Program-made: the position numbers and the translations under genes
Shown here: positions 8,399 to 18,321 of the stretch, piece after piece
Position numbering within the stretch: the first letter of the stretch is position 1
How the letters are laid out: each line of letters begins with the position of its first letter
The notes under the pieces: generated by a model
What the model was told of the DNA's origin: nothing
Seen by the model: the letters and a program-made list of their open reading frames with translations, nothing else
Database searches by the model: none
Assembly (NCBI GenBank): GCA_047921315.1
Contig: JBLRWJ010000001.1
Span: 46,791-110,790 of the forward strand
DNA length: 64,000 nt
Source of the DNA: Rhodobacterales bacterium
GTDB taxonomy: Bacteria; Pseudomonadota; Alphaproteobacteria; Rhodobacterales; Rhodobacteraceae
Direction of reading: 5' to 3'

Positions 8399-10258
8399 CT
8401 ATTCTGCAGCATCCTTCAGCCCGATGAACCCACCCGATTGCCGGTTCCAATAGCGCGCATAAAGCCCGCCCGCCGCCAGCAGATCATCATGGCACCCCTG
8501 TTCGGCGATGCGGCCCTGATCAAGCACCACAATCCTGTCCATCTGGCTGATCGTGGAGAGCCTGTGCGCCACGGCCAGCACGGTCTTGCCCACCATCACC
8601 TTTTCCAGCGCGGACTGGATCGAGGCTTCGACCTCACTATCCAGCGCACTTGTCGCCTCATCCAGCACCAGAATCGGTGCATCCTTCAGGATAGCACGCG
8701 CCAACGCGATCCGCTGCCGTTGTCCGCCAGACAGTTTGACACCGCGTTCGCCCAGATGCGCATCATAGCCACGGCGCCCCTTGTGATCTTGCATATCCTT
8801 GATGAATTCATGCGCTTCCGCTTTTTCTGCGGCGGCGATCACCTCGTCCATCGTGGCATCGGGGCGGCCATACAGGATGTTATCGCGGGCAGAGCGGTTG
8901 AACATCGCGGTTTCCTGCGTGACCATTCCGATCTGACGGCGCAGGCTTTCCTGCGTCACCTCGCGCAGGTCTTGCCCGTCAATGGTCACACGCCCCTGTT
9001 CCGGATCATAAAGCCGCAACAGCAACGCCACGAGGGTTGATTTACCCGCCCCCGAAGCACCGACAATGCCCAGTTTCTCACCCGGCTTCACCTCAAGATC
9101 AATATTGCTGATCCCGCCCGCATCGCGCCCATAGGCAAAGCCCAATGCCTCAAAATGGATGCGCCCCTCTGTGACTGTCAGGTCGGTGGCAGTGGCTGCA
9201 TTATCCACCCGCATGCGCGGGGTCAGCGTCTTGATGCCATCCTCGATCTCGCCAATGTTGGAGTAAATCGCCATAAGCGTAAAGCTGACCCAACCCGTCA
9301 TTTGCGCAATGCGGATGGATATTGCCCCCGCCGCAACGATATCGCCCTCGGTCGCGGTGCCTTGGGACCAAAAGATCAGCGTGCCGCCGATCAACAGAAT
9401 GGGCAGAATACCGGCCAAGGTCATCAATGCCACACGGAATACGGCGGCCAGTTTGCCAAAATGCAGCGCCGTGTCCCGAAATGCCTGCATCGCGCCCAGC
9501 GCCGCGCGATCCTCGTGATCGGCATGGGCGAACAGCTTGACCGTTTTGATGTTGGTAATCGTATCGACAACCTGACCGGACACCATGGCGCGCGCCCCCG
9601 CACGACTGCCCGCACGCGCGCGGATGCGGGGCAGGAACCAACGGATCAACAGGAAATAGGCGATCAGCCACAACACAAACACCAGCGCAACCCGCGCATT
9701 GATCGCCAGCAACAGGAAGATAGACCCCAGCAAAGACGCCAAGGCAAAGGCCACAACATTGATGACCTCAACCGCCACATCCGTGACGGCGCGGGCGGTC
9801 TGCATCTGTTTTTGCGCGATGCGGCCAGCAAAATCATCATCAAAGAACTTGACCGATTGGCCCAGCGTCCAGCGGTGCAACCGGCTAAGGACAAGCGGGT
9901 TCACATTCGGTTGCACAATGATCGAATTGGCCGCTGACGACAGGCCAAAGGCCAATGGGCGCAAGATCAGAAAAAACCCGATCATAACCGAGATCATCAC
10001 AACATTTGTTGCCGAAAAGAATCCGTCAGGTCCGCTGGCAATCGCGCCATCAATCACCATCCCAAGGATCAGCGCCGTTCCCGCCTCCAACGCGCCTGCC
10101 GCTGCCGATAGCAGGCCCGCCAACCACAATGCAGACCATGATCCTGACAAAGCCCAGCGGAAAAACGCGCCCAGCGTCTGGGGCGGTGGCCCTTCTGCGG
10201 GGCGGAACGGATCAATATAGGTTGCAGATTGCATTTCAGGTCTTTCTGGTTCTGTCAT
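8399..10258 (-). CDS. ABC transporter, fused permease/ATPase (exporter type)
   Basis: N-terminal six-TM domain. Walker A GASGAGKST, signature LSGGQRQRIALARA, Walker B ILVLDEATSALD. Confidence 0.9.
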   Translation of the reverse strand: MTEPERPEMQSATYIDPFRPAEGPPPQTLGAFFRWALSGSWSALWLAGLLSAAAGALEAGTALILGMVIDGAIASGPDGFFSATNVVMISVMIGFFLILRPLAFGLSSAANSIIVQPNVNPLVLSRLHRWTLGQSVKFFDDDFAGRIAQKQMQTARAVTDVAVEVINVVAFALASLLGSIFLLLAINARVALVFVLWLIAYFLLIRWFLPRIRARAGSRAGARAMVSGQVVDTITNIKTVKLFAHADHEDRAALGAMQAFRDTALHFGKLAAVFRVALMTLAGILPILLIGGTLIFWSQGTATEGDIVAAGAISIRIAQMTGWVSFTLMAIYSNIGEIEDGIKTLTPRMRVDNAATATDLTVTEGRIHFEALGFAYGRDAGGISNIDLEVKPGEKLGIVGASGAGKSTLVALLLRLYDPEQGRVTIDGQDLREVTQESLRRQIGMVTQETAMFNRSARDNILYGRPDATMDEVIAAAEKAEAHEFIKDMQDHKGRRGYDAHLGERGVKLSGGQRQRIALARAILKDAPILVLDEATSALDSEVEASIQSALEKVMVGKTVLAVAHRLSTISQMDRIVVLDQGRIAEQGCHDDLLAAGGLYARYWNRQSGGFIGLKDAAE

Positions 10259-10346
10259 GTCTTGGGCTTGAACCTAGCCCGCAAGGCTATCGGTCAAGAA
10301 AGCCGTCTTTGGTGCCGTGCCTCACCGATGCCGGACCATGACAAGA

Positions 10347-11501
10347 TCAGCGCTTTGCGAGCAGATCATCACGTGTCAGGGCAAAGCCTGACGAAATCCA
10401 ACGGTTCTTGAGGCGGCCCAGTTCCCGGCCTAATGCCGGTCCGGTGATGTCTGGCATCAGATCAGCGGCGGATACCGGAAACACCGCCTGCGCCCCGGCT
10501 TCAGCCGCCCGGCATGCGGAAATATCCAATTCTGTGCCCATAGCGGCCGCGCGCAAAAGCAGGATGGCGCATGCATCATCAGCCCCGTTGCGATAGCCCA
10601 ACTCGCCAGGACCGCGCATGGATTCCATGCCATCGCGCAAAACGCACAAGCGGACCTCTTCGGCCCGGCTCAGGCGCAACCGCGGTGCCGCGTCAGGCCC
10701 TGCCATAACGGCAAGACGGGTCAGCCAATCGGGCGCAATTCCGGCTTGCCCCTCAAGATGGACCAGCGGGGCAAGGGCCCTATCCTCGGCACCGGGCAAG
10801 ATACGGGTCAACACACCGCAGGTCCGCATGGCTGCAACGCTGGGCGCGGGATCAGCCGCGAACAATAACTTGCGCATTTCCGCGCCGACACGCTCTCGTG
10901 ACAGTTGCGCCAGACCTTCTGTCGCTTGGGCAATCGCAGCCAGCGCATGTGGATCAAGACCTGCATCCGCATCACCATACCAAGCATGGAAGCGAAAAAA
11001 GCGCAGGATCCGCAAGTAATCCTCAGCGATCCGCGCCGAGGCTTCGTCGATAAAACGGACATGTCGCGCCTGCAGGTCCGGCAATCCACCAAGTGGATCA
11101 AGCACCAGACCCGTCTGATCGGCATAAAGCGCGTTCATGGTGAAATCACGCCGCCGGGCATCATCCTCAACCTTTGTGGAGAAGGCAACAATGGCGCGGC
11201 GTCCATCGGTTTGCACGTCGTGGCGAAAGGTCGTGACCTCATGCGGGATACCACCCGCGATCACCGTCACGGTGCCATGATCAATGCCTGTCGGCACCGG
11301 ACGCAAACCGGCATCCTTGGCCAGTTCCATCACCATTTCAGGCCGCGCATCGGTGGCAATATCAATATCCGTCACAGGGGCGTCAATGATGGTATTGCGC
11401 ACACATCCACCGACAAACAACGCTTTGTAGCCTGCCTTTGTCAGCATATCGCAAACGGCTTGCGTGTCCGGTCGCGTGATCCAGTCCGCAGTGATCCGCA
11501 T
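10347..11501 (-). CDS. cca: CCA tRNA nucleotidyltransferase (poly(A) polymerase family head domain)
   Basis: FVGGCVRNTIIDAPVTDIDIAT nucleotidyltransferase motif, plus HDVQTDGRRA and RRDFTMNALY. Confidence 0.85.
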   Translation of the reverse strand: MRITADWITRPDTQAVCDMLTKAGYKALFVGGCVRNTIIDAPVTDIDIATDARPEMVMELAKDAGLRPVPTGIDHGTVTVIAGGIPHEVTTFRHDVQTDGRRAIVAFSTKVEDDARRRDFTMNALYADQTGLVLDPLGGLPDLQARHVRFIDEASARIAEDYLRILRFFRFHAWYGDADAGLDPHALAAIAQATEGLAQLSRERVGAEMRKLLFAADPAPSVAAMRTCGVLTRILPGAEDRALAPLVHLEGQAGIAPDWLTRLAVMAGPDAAPRLRLSRAEEVRLCVLRDGMESMRGPGELGYRNGADDACAILLLRAAAMGTELDISACRAAEAGAQAVFPVSAADLMPDITGPALGRELGRLKNRWISSGFALTRDDLLAKR

Positions 11502-12106
11502 CAGCCATCCATCCTGTCCGCCAAGGCGCGCAAAATACGGGCAGTTGCCCCCCAGATGTAATAGGGGCCGTATGGCACCGTAAAGTAATGCCGCCTCTGA
11601 CCACGCCAGCGCCGTGACTGGATGATGAACCGTGCGGAATCTGTGACATGGGCCAGCGGCACCTCGAACACCTCGGCCACCTCGCCCGGCTCTGGGCGTG
11701 GCGTGAACGGGGCATGCACCCGCGCCAGAACCGGCGTGACGATGAACCCCGTGACGGTTTCATGCGCGGGCAGGGTGCCCAGCACCTCAACATTGGAACG
11801 ATCCAGCGCGATCTCTTCCTCAGCCTCACGCAGGGCGGCGGCGATGACATCGCTATCGCCTTCGTCCTGCTTGCCACCCGGAAAGGCAATTTGCCCCGGA
11901 TGATGCTTGAGGGCGGATGACCGTTTCGTCAGGATCACCTGCGTGCCGAAAGAGCGCTCGATCAACGGAACAAGAACCCCGGCTGGCCGCAACCGCCGAC
12001 CCTCGGGCAGGATCACATCAGGGTTCAGATCAAAATCGGATGAGGGCCGTCCGTCATGATCCAAGGCGCGGATCACATGGGCAAGCGTGTCATGCGCCAT
12101 CCTCAT
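11501..12106 (-). CDS. CoA pyrophosphatase (NUDIX hydrolase)
   Basis: NuCoA motif LTKRSSALKHHPGQIAFPGG followed by Nudix box GGKQDEGDSDVIAAALREAEEEIAL. Start chosen at MRMAHD (12106, AAGGA 4 nt upstream); the track ORF extends to 12193. The stop overlaps the cca start by 1 nt. Confidence 0.8.
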   Translation of the reverse strand: MRMAHDTLAHVIRALDHDGRPSSDFDLNPDVILPEGRRLRPAGVLVPLIERSFGTQVILTKRSSALKHHPGQIAFPGGKQDEGDSDVIAAALREAEEEIALDRSNVEVLGTLPAHETVTGFIVTPVLARVHAPFTPRPEPGEVAEVFEVPLAHVTDSARFIIQSRRWRGQRRHYFTVPYGPYYIWGATARILRALADRMDG

Positions 12107-13088
12107 CCGTTCCTTTGGCTTCAAAGCCCAATGTTTTCGGATCCATGTCATAATGCGCACCGCAATACTGACAATCTGCCGTGACACGCCCATCAGCGGT
12201 TGTCATTGTGGCAATATCCTTGGCCGAGTAAATCGACAGGCTTTGCCGCACCCGGTCTTCCGAACAGCTACAGCCAAAGCGCACCGGCTGCGGATCAAAC
12301 ACCCTTGGCGCTTCTTCATGGAACAGCCGCACCAGCAGATCAGTAGGGGCAACGCGCGGGCCAACAAGCTCCAACTCCTCGACCGTATCCAAAAGCAGAT
12401 TGGCGCGGTTCCAGTTTTCACCATCCTCGCCATCGACCAGATCACGCGCATGCAGCAGACCATCCTCGCCCGTAGCCTCGACACCTTTCGCAAAGGGTGA
12501 TGCTTTGGGCATATGCTGCAACATCACACCACCGGCGCGCCAGTATTCATGAACGCCACGCTCTGTCGATTGCCCAAAGCTGAGGGCAAAGCGCGTTGGT
12601 ATCTGCTCGGACTGGGCAAAATACGCCTCCGCGCAGGCGGCAAGAGAGCCGCCCGCAAGCGGTGTGATGCCCTGATAAGGGGTCATCCCCTCGCCTTGGT
12701 CGATCATGATGGCAAAATAGCCGGTTCCGACCTGATCGAAGGGTGCACCATCAGTCAGACGGTCTGCATCATAGCTGGCATAGGCACGAATCCGCGCCGG
12801 TTCACCCTCGGCCGTGGGGCCATAGTAATCGGTGGCAATCATACGCACAGGGCCTTTGGATTGAACCTGCAACTGCAATTTCCAACGCAACTTGACCGTT
12901 TGCCCGATCAGCGCTGTCAGCAGCGCCATTTCTGCCACCAGCGCCTCGACCTGTGGCGGGTAGTTATGCTGCTTCAGGATACCATCCAGCACCCCGTCCA
13001 ACCGGGCAACCCGGCCACGGATATCCGACATATCCAGCTGAAACGGCAAAACCGAGTCGTCCCAGGCGATTTTTGATCCAAGTGTCAT
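12090..13088 (-). CDS. hslO: Hsp33 redox-regulated chaperone
   Basis: C-terminal zinc centre CSCSEDRV...CQYCGAHY; length and N-terminal domain are typical of Hsp33. Confidence 0.9.
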   Translation of the reverse strand: MTLGSKIAWDDSVLPFQLDMSDIRGRVARLDGVLDGILKQHNYPPQVEALVAEMALLTALIGQTVKLRWKLQLQVQSKGPVRMIATDYYGPTAEGEPARIRAYASYDADRLTDGAPFDQVGTGYFAIMIDQGEGMTPYQGITPLAGGSLAACAEAYFAQSEQIPTRFALSFGQSTERGVHEYWRAGGVMLQHMPKASPFAKGVEATGEDGLLHARDLVDGEDGENWNRANLLLDTVEELELVGPRVAPTDLLVRLFHEEAPRVFDPQPVRFGCSCSEDRVRQSLSIYSAKDIATMTTADGRVTADCQYCGAHYDMDPKTLGFEAKGTDEDGA

Positions 13089-13193
13089 GGGGTTTCCTTA
13101 CGTGCCGTCTATTGGCATATCGCCTGTATATAGGCGGGACAAGGCAGGGTCCAAGGGAATGGCTGCCAGTACCACAGTGCATGGGACAAGTTC

Positions 13194-13640
13194 ATGATCA
13201 GACGGTTCGGCGATACGCCTCAACACGGACAGACTTATAAACGCAGGCCCGGAGCCTATGCAATCCTGCCACGCGGCGGTGATTTACTGCTGACACATCA
13301 AGCAGATCCCTGGCCGGAATTCCAGCTACCCGGTGGCGGGATTGATCCGGGTGAATCACCTATTGCCGCGCTACATCGAGAGGTGTTCGAGGAAACCGGC
13401 TGGACCATCGCCGCGCCGCGCCGCATCGGTGCGTTCCGGCGGTTTACCTTTATGCCGGAATACGACATGTGGGCCGAGAAACTGTGCTTCATCTATATCG
13501 CAAGACCTGTGCGCCAAATCAGTGCCCCAACCGAGGCAGGCCACATCGCGCTGTGGATGTCCCCGCGATTGGCGGGCCAAAAGCTTGGCAATGCTGGTGA
13601 TCGGCATTTCGTGGCGCGCTATGGCGGATTTCGTCATTAA
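13194..13640 (+). CDS. NUDIX hydrolase
   Basis: Nudix box GGGIDPGESPIAALHREVFEETG. Confidence 0.8.
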   Translation: MIRRFGDTPQHGQTYKRRPGAYAILPRGGDLLLTHQADPWPEFQLPGGGIDPGESPIAALHREVFEETGWTIAAPRRIGAFRRFTFMPEYDMWAEKLCFIYIARPVRQISAPTEAGHIALWMSPRLAGQKLGNAGDRHFVARYGGFRH

Positions 13641-13665
13641 ACGCATGGGGCATTGCGGGTTCAAT

Positions 13666-14940
13666 TCACCCCGGATTTTGTCCGGTATATTCGAAAACAA
13701 TTGCAGAGATATCATCCGGAAAGTCCTGACTGCCCGCATGCTCGTTCAGGTACCACAGCATAGATTCCAAAAACGCCGTTCCAGACAGATCGCGCAAATG
13801 GTCCAGCATCAGGGCAACACCTTCTGAACCCAACAGTTTGCCCGTCAGATCCGGGCATTCACTCACACCATCTGACAGGATAATCAGCCTGTCGCCCGGC
13901 TCCAGCGTGCATTCGAACTCTTCAAACACAGCCGCGTCAATCAGACCTACGGGGAGCCCGCCCTTGCCCAATACATCTTGGCGTCCATCGCGCCGCTGCA
14001 CCACCGGATGCGGATGCCCCGCCTGCACCATGACAGCACGGCCGGTGGCCAGATCGATATCGGCCAGCAAAAGCGTAAAATAATGCTCGGTCTGCACTTC
14101 CTCCAACACAAGGCGGTTGAGCATTTCAACCACGCAGGCGGGCGGCAAGGGCGCGAGGGTTCCATCCTCGTTGCGGATAAGGGCAATGTTATGTTCTGGC
14201 GAGGCAGAGGAAAGATACCCCGCCAGTCGCGCCGTCATCAGCGCGGAGCTGATCCCGTGACCCGAGACATCAAGCGCAAATAGCCCGATCCGGGACCCGC
14301 CTGCCGGAAAGAAACCAACAAGATCACCGCCGACATGCCCCGATGACCGAAGCTGCAAGGATACTTGCGCCGCCCCGAAATCCCGGAACCTTTCACGCAA
14401 AAGCGATTGTTGCAGTTTCTTGGCGGCGATCAGATCATTATCCAACGCCTCATACAGCGTCTGAAGCTCACGCAAGGTGCTGCAGATCAGGCGGTTCTTT
14501 TCCGTCAACTGGCGCTGCATATCAATGATCCGCGTGCCCGCGCTGATCCGCGCCCGCAACTCTGCGGGATTGACAGGCTTGGTCAGGAAATCATCCGCCC
14601 CGCAATCAAGGCCCAGCGCCACATCCTCTTTCTCCGCCTTTGAGGTCAGCAAGATAAAATATCCATATTCCTCCCGCGGTAACTGGCGGAATGCCTGACA
14701 GAATTCCAGCCCGTCCATCCCCGGCATCATCCAATCGCTCAATACCAGATCCGGTGGATCCGAAAGACAGATCGCCAAAGCATCCCCACCGCTTTCCGCT
14801 TCGGTCACACGATAGCCCCACCGCTGCAGCGATGCTGCCAGAATGCGGCGTTGCAAGCTGCTGTCATCCACCACAAGGACATGCAGCGGCGCCGTAGCTG
14901 CGGCTGCCGGGGTTGGCATTTGTTCTTGAAGGAAATGCAT
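13666..14940 (-). CDS. fused response-regulator receiver / PP2C (SpoIIE, RsbU-like) serine phosphatase
   Basis: REC domain (VLVVDDSSLQRRIL...LVLSDWMMPGMDGLEF...ILLTSK), a coiled linker, then a PP2C domain (GGDLVGFF...FALDVSGHGISSAL...IILSDGVSE). Confidence 0.85.
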   Translation of the reverse strand: MHFLQEQMPTPAAAATAPLHVLVVDDSSLQRRILAASLQRWGYRVTEAESGGDALAICLSDPPDLVLSDWMMPGMDGLEFCQAFRQLPREEYGYFILLTSKAEKEDVALGLDCGADDFLTKPVNPAELRARISAGTRIIDMQRQLTEKNRLICSTLRELQTLYEALDNDLIAAKKLQQSLLRERFRDFGAAQVSLQLRSSGHVGGDLVGFFPAGGSRIGLFALDVSGHGISSALMTARLAGYLSSASPEHNIALIRNEDGTLAPLPPACVVEMLNRLVLEEVQTEHYFTLLLADIDLATGRAVMVQAGHPHPVVQRRDGRQDVLGKGGLPVGLIDAAVFEEFECTLEPGDRLIILSDGVSECPDLTGKLLGSEGVALMLDHLRDLSGTAFLESMLWYLNEHAGSQDFPDDISAIVFEYTGQNPG

Positions 14941-15088
14941 ATGAACCGGACCACGCTGACCTTTTGAGGGGCTTTGCAGCAGTCTTAGGGCGAATATCTT
15001 ACTGACCGGTGAAACATAAAATTAAGTGTATTCATCAATCATTAGGCTGCTTGCGCTTATGCTGCCTTCAACAAGCTCAGAGGCTCGG

Positions 15089-15424
15089 ATGATTGATTGG
15101 ACACGCGTGCGCGACTTGCGGGATGAAATCGGGGATGACAGCTTTGCCGATGTTGTGGATCTTTTTCTTGTGGAAACATCCGCTGTTGTGGCGCGATTGC
15201 GTGATTATCCTGAACCCGCATCGCTGGAGGCGGATCTTCATTTTCTCAAAGGGTGTGTTCTGAACCTTGGATTTTCAAAGGTATCGGCCCTGTGTCAGCA
15301 AGGTGAGTCAATGGCCGCAAAAGGGGATGCGGCGCAGGTTGATCTGGCCGCGATCATCAACGCCTATGACCAGACTGCAGACGCCTTCAAACACGCAATG
15401 TCGCAACAATTCTCCGCCAGATGA
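15089..15424 (+). CDS. stand-alone Hpt (histidine phosphotransfer) domain protein
   Basis: About 111 aa. Hpt signature ADLHFLKGCVLNLGF (HxxKG). AGAGG lies 6 nt upstream of the ATG at 15089; the track ORF starts at a GTG at 15026. Confidence 0.75.
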   Translation: MIDWTRVRDLRDEIGDDSFADVVDLFLVETSAVVARLRDYPEPASLEADLHFLKGCVLNLGFSKVSALCQQGESMAAKGDAAQVDLAAIINAYDQTADAFKHAMSQQFSAR

Positions 15425-15976
15425 TCAGCGCGGGGACCGTTTCGCCAGAATGCGCTGCAATGTGCGGCGATGCATATTCAGTCTGCGCGCTGTTTCCGAC
15501 ACGTTGCGATCACACAGTTCGTATACGCGCTGTATGTGTTCCCACCGCACGCGATCAGCGCTCATCGGGTTTTCGGGCGGAGGCGGCAGATCAGCCCCGG
15601 TTGCAAGCAATGCATGCGTGATGTCTGTCGCGTCCGCTGGTTTGCTCAGGTAATCTGTTGCGCCAATCTTGACGGCGGCTACAGCGGTGGCGATGGCGCC
15701 ATAACCCGTCAGCACCACAATGCGGCAATCAGGGCGCTTTTCGCGCAGCACCTCGACCACATCAAGCCCGTTGCCATCTTCCAGACGCAGATCACAAACG
15801 GCATATGCCGGAGGGCGTGCTGTCGCAATCGCTTTGCCCGCAGCCACGGACCCTGCCATTTCAACATCAAAGCCGCGTTTCTCCATCGCCTTGGCAAGAC
15901 GCTTCAAAAAGGCATCGTCATCATCCAGAAGAAGAAGTGTTCTATCCTCTCCGATATCGTTCAGGTCTTCTGCCAC
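15425..15976 (-). CDS. regA: redox response regulator RegA/PrrA/ActR
   Basis: REC domain (LLLLDDDDAFLKRLAKAMEKRGF...) and the invariant RegA HTH NVSETARRLNMHRRTLQRILAKR. Start placed at GTG 15976 (VAEDLND...), giving 183 aa; the track ATG is at 16006. Confidence 0.92.
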   Translation of the reverse strand: MAEDLNDIGEDRTLLLLDDDDAFLKRLAKAMEKRGFDVEMAGSVAAGKAIATARPPAYAVCDLRLEDGNGLDVVEVLREKRPDCRIVVLTGYGAIATAVAAVKIGATDYLSKPADATDITHALLATGADLPPPPENPMSADRVRWEHIQRVYELCDRNVSETARRLNMHRRTLQRILAKRSPR

Positions 15977-16055
15977 CCGGCTCTCCCCCGATCTATTCAA
16001 GATCAATGATGTCTATTATAGCGCGTCCTGACGAGCGTCAAATAAAGCCACCAGA

Positions 16056-16685
16056 TCAGCGCGCATCAAGAAAGCATTGAATACGATCTGCGATATCGTC
16101 GGCCCGCAACGCGCGCTGGAAAACCTCGACGACCCCTTCCTCTGGAAAGGCAAGGTAACTCATCGTTGTGTGATCCACGAGGTAATAATCCTCATCCCCG
16201 GCGGCGGGTTTTTGTTTCTGGTAAAAGGTCCGGTAGGCGCGGCTGGCGGCGCGAACCTGCTCCGCGGTGCCGGTCAGGCCCAGCATACGCTCGTGCAGAT
16301 TGGCCGTGAAGGCATCAACAACTTCGGGCGTGTCACGCTCTGGATCGATCGAGATGAACACAGGTTTCACCATCTGCCCGCGCTCCTCCAGAATGTCGAT
16401 CGCCTCGGCATTTCGCGCGGTATCAAGCGGGCATACATCCGGGCAAAACGTATACCCAAAATAGATCAACGCCGGTTGATCAATCACATCCGTTTCTGTC
16501 ACGGTAGCACCCGTTTCATCGATCAAGGTGAACGGGCCACCAATCTGCGACACCCCGCCAGCAACAGCGGTGGACCGGCATTGCGCGTATTTGTCGCCAT
16601 TCTCTGCGAAGGTCATATAAAGATAGACACCCGCTGTCATCGCAACCACCAGCCCTGCGGCCACTATGGCATAGAGTCTAAGCAT
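16056..16685 (-). CDS. senC: SCO1/SenC copper chaperone / thiol-disulfide protein
   Basis: FGYTFCPDVCP CxxxC motif. N-terminal TM helix. AAGGAG lies upstream of the ATG at 16685. Position between regB and regA matches the classical locus. Confidence 0.9.
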   Translation of the reverse strand: MLRLYAIVAAGLVVAMTAGVYLYMTFAENGDKYAQCRSTAVAGGVSQIGGPFTLIDETGATVTETDVIDQPALIYFGYTFCPDVCPLDTARNAEAIDILEERGQMVKPVFISIDPERDTPEVVDAFTANLHERMLGLTGTAEQVRAASRAYRTFYQKQKPAAGDEDYYLVDHTTMSYLAFPEEGVVEVFQRALRADDIADRIQCFLDAR

Positions 16686-16816
16686 GATGTTCTCCTTTAT
16701 ACTTGGACGCCCTGATGCGAGATCGCGCTGGGATACGCGATCATTCTGGCCTTTCGGACGGTCGGCCCCCATATTTACGACTTGAGCCCAACATGCAACG
16801 AGACGAAGGCGCACAT

Positions 16817-18217
16817 ATGAGTGATATGGAATTTGGCGTCCTCAAAGGGCACGAGCGCGGGAACTGGGTCCGCCTGCGGACCATCATCCTGTTGCGCTGG
16901 GCTGCTGTTGTCGGGCAACTGATCGCGCTTTTCGTGGCGCAGCAGGCTTATAGCCTGCAGATCGAGATGGGGCTTTGCCTGCTGGTCGTCAGTGTCTCGG
17001 TCATGGGTAACCTGATCGCGATGTTCATTTTTCCCGAGAACAAGCGCCTGTCCGAAACTGAAAACTTGCTGATGGTTCTGTTTGATCTGCTGCAACTGGC
17101 GTTGCTGCTATATCTGACGGGCGGGCTGCATAATCCGTTTTATATTCTCATCCTTGGTCCCGTCACGGTATCTGCGCTGGTTCTGACCTTGCGTTCCACC
17201 GTGTTTCTGGGGATTACCGCGATCCTTGCTGTCACGCTGCTGGCTGAATTTCATATGCCGCTGCGGACTGAACAGGGGTTTTTGCTGCGGGTGCCGGACA
17301 TCTTTGTGTTCGGGAACTGGGTTGCGATTACAATTGCGGTTGTATTCCTCAGCTTTTATTCGCGCCGTGTCACCCAAGAGATGCATTCTATGTCAGATGC
17401 TTTGCAAGCCACACAAATGGCTCTGGCGCGCGAGCAAAAGCTGACGGATCTGGGTGGCGTTGTGGCAGCCGCCGCGCATGAGCTGGGCACACCGCTGGCG
17501 ACAATAAAGCTGACCAGCGCTGAGCTGATCGAGGAATTGGATGATTTTCCCGAACTTCAGGAAGATGCGCGCCTGATCCGCGATCAGGCCAATCGATGCC
17601 GGGATATCCTCAGATCCATGGGTCGTGCGGGTAAGGATGATCTGATGCTGCGGCAGGCCCCTCTGGGTACCGTCGTGCGCGAGGCTGCCGCGCCCCACCT
17701 CAAGCGGGGCAAAGACATCCACTTTCAGGATGGGCTGACCCAGGAAGACAGTCAGAATCAGCCCGTCATATTCCGGCGGCCAGATGTGGTGCATGGGTTG
17801 CGCAACTTACTGCAAAACGGCGTAGATTTTGCGCGCGCCAATGTCTGGGTTGAAACGGTCTGGGACGATGACACCGTTGCTGTACGGATCATGGATGATG
17901 GCCTGGGCTATCCGCTCAATATGATGGGGCGCATCGGCGATCCGTTCATGCGCCTGCGCCGCAATGAGCCGGACAGAGCGCAAAGGCCTGAATATGAAGG
18001 CATGGGCCTTGGTCTGTTTATCGCCAAGACACTGCTGGAACGCTCAGGGGCGGAAATCAGCTTTGCCAACGGGCGTGATCCTTATCTGGCCACTGCGGAA
18101 CAGCCCGAGAAATGCGGCGCGATCGTCGAGGTGGTCTGGCCGCGTGTCAAGATTGATGCGCGGCGCGGCAATACCAAGATGCCAATGGGGGAAAACCGGC
18201 TACTGGACAGCTATTAG
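16817..18217 (+). CDS. regB: redox sensor histidine kinase RegB/PrrB
   Basis: Multi-TM N-terminus with the quinone-site heptapeptide GGLHNPF. H-box AAAAHELGTPLATI, redox-box QANRCRDIL, and HATPase G-boxes (DDGLGYP, GMGLGLFIAK). Divergent from senC-regA. Confidence 0.92.
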   Translation: MSDMEFGVLKGHERGNWVRLRTIILLRWAAVVGQLIALFVAQQAYSLQIEMGLCLLVVSVSVMGNLIAMFIFPENKRLSETENLLMVLFDLLQLALLLYLTGGLHNPFYILILGPVTVSALVLTLRSTVFLGITAILAVTLLAEFHMPLRTEQGFLLRVPDIFVFGNWVAITIAVVFLSFYSRRVTQEMHSMSDALQATQMALAREQKLTDLGGVVAAAAHELGTPLATIKLTSAELIEELDDFPELQEDARLIRDQANRCRDILRSMGRAGKDDLMLRQAPLGTVVREAAAPHLKRGKDIHFQDGLTQEDSQNQPVIFRRPDVVHGLRNLLQNGVDFARANVWVETVWDDDTVAVRIMDDGLGYPLNMMGRIGDPFMRLRRNEPDRAQRPEYEGMGLGLFIAKTLLERSGAEISFANGRDPYLATAEQPEKCGAIVEVVWPRVKIDARRGNTKMPMGENRLLDSY

Positions 18218-18321
18218 ATGTTGCCAGGCTGGCACCGCCTTAGCCGGAAACAAGCATCGTTAACGGCACCTTAACGATTTCGCGCATAAGATAAGCCTCT
18301 GGATAGAACGGGGGAAAAAGG

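Noticed and set aside
7976-9040. 354-aa + strand ORF spanning the RNA methyltransferase / ABC transporter junction.
   Set aside because: It is antisense to two well-supported genes, crosses their boundary, has no RBS, and has an Arg/His-rich low-information sequence.
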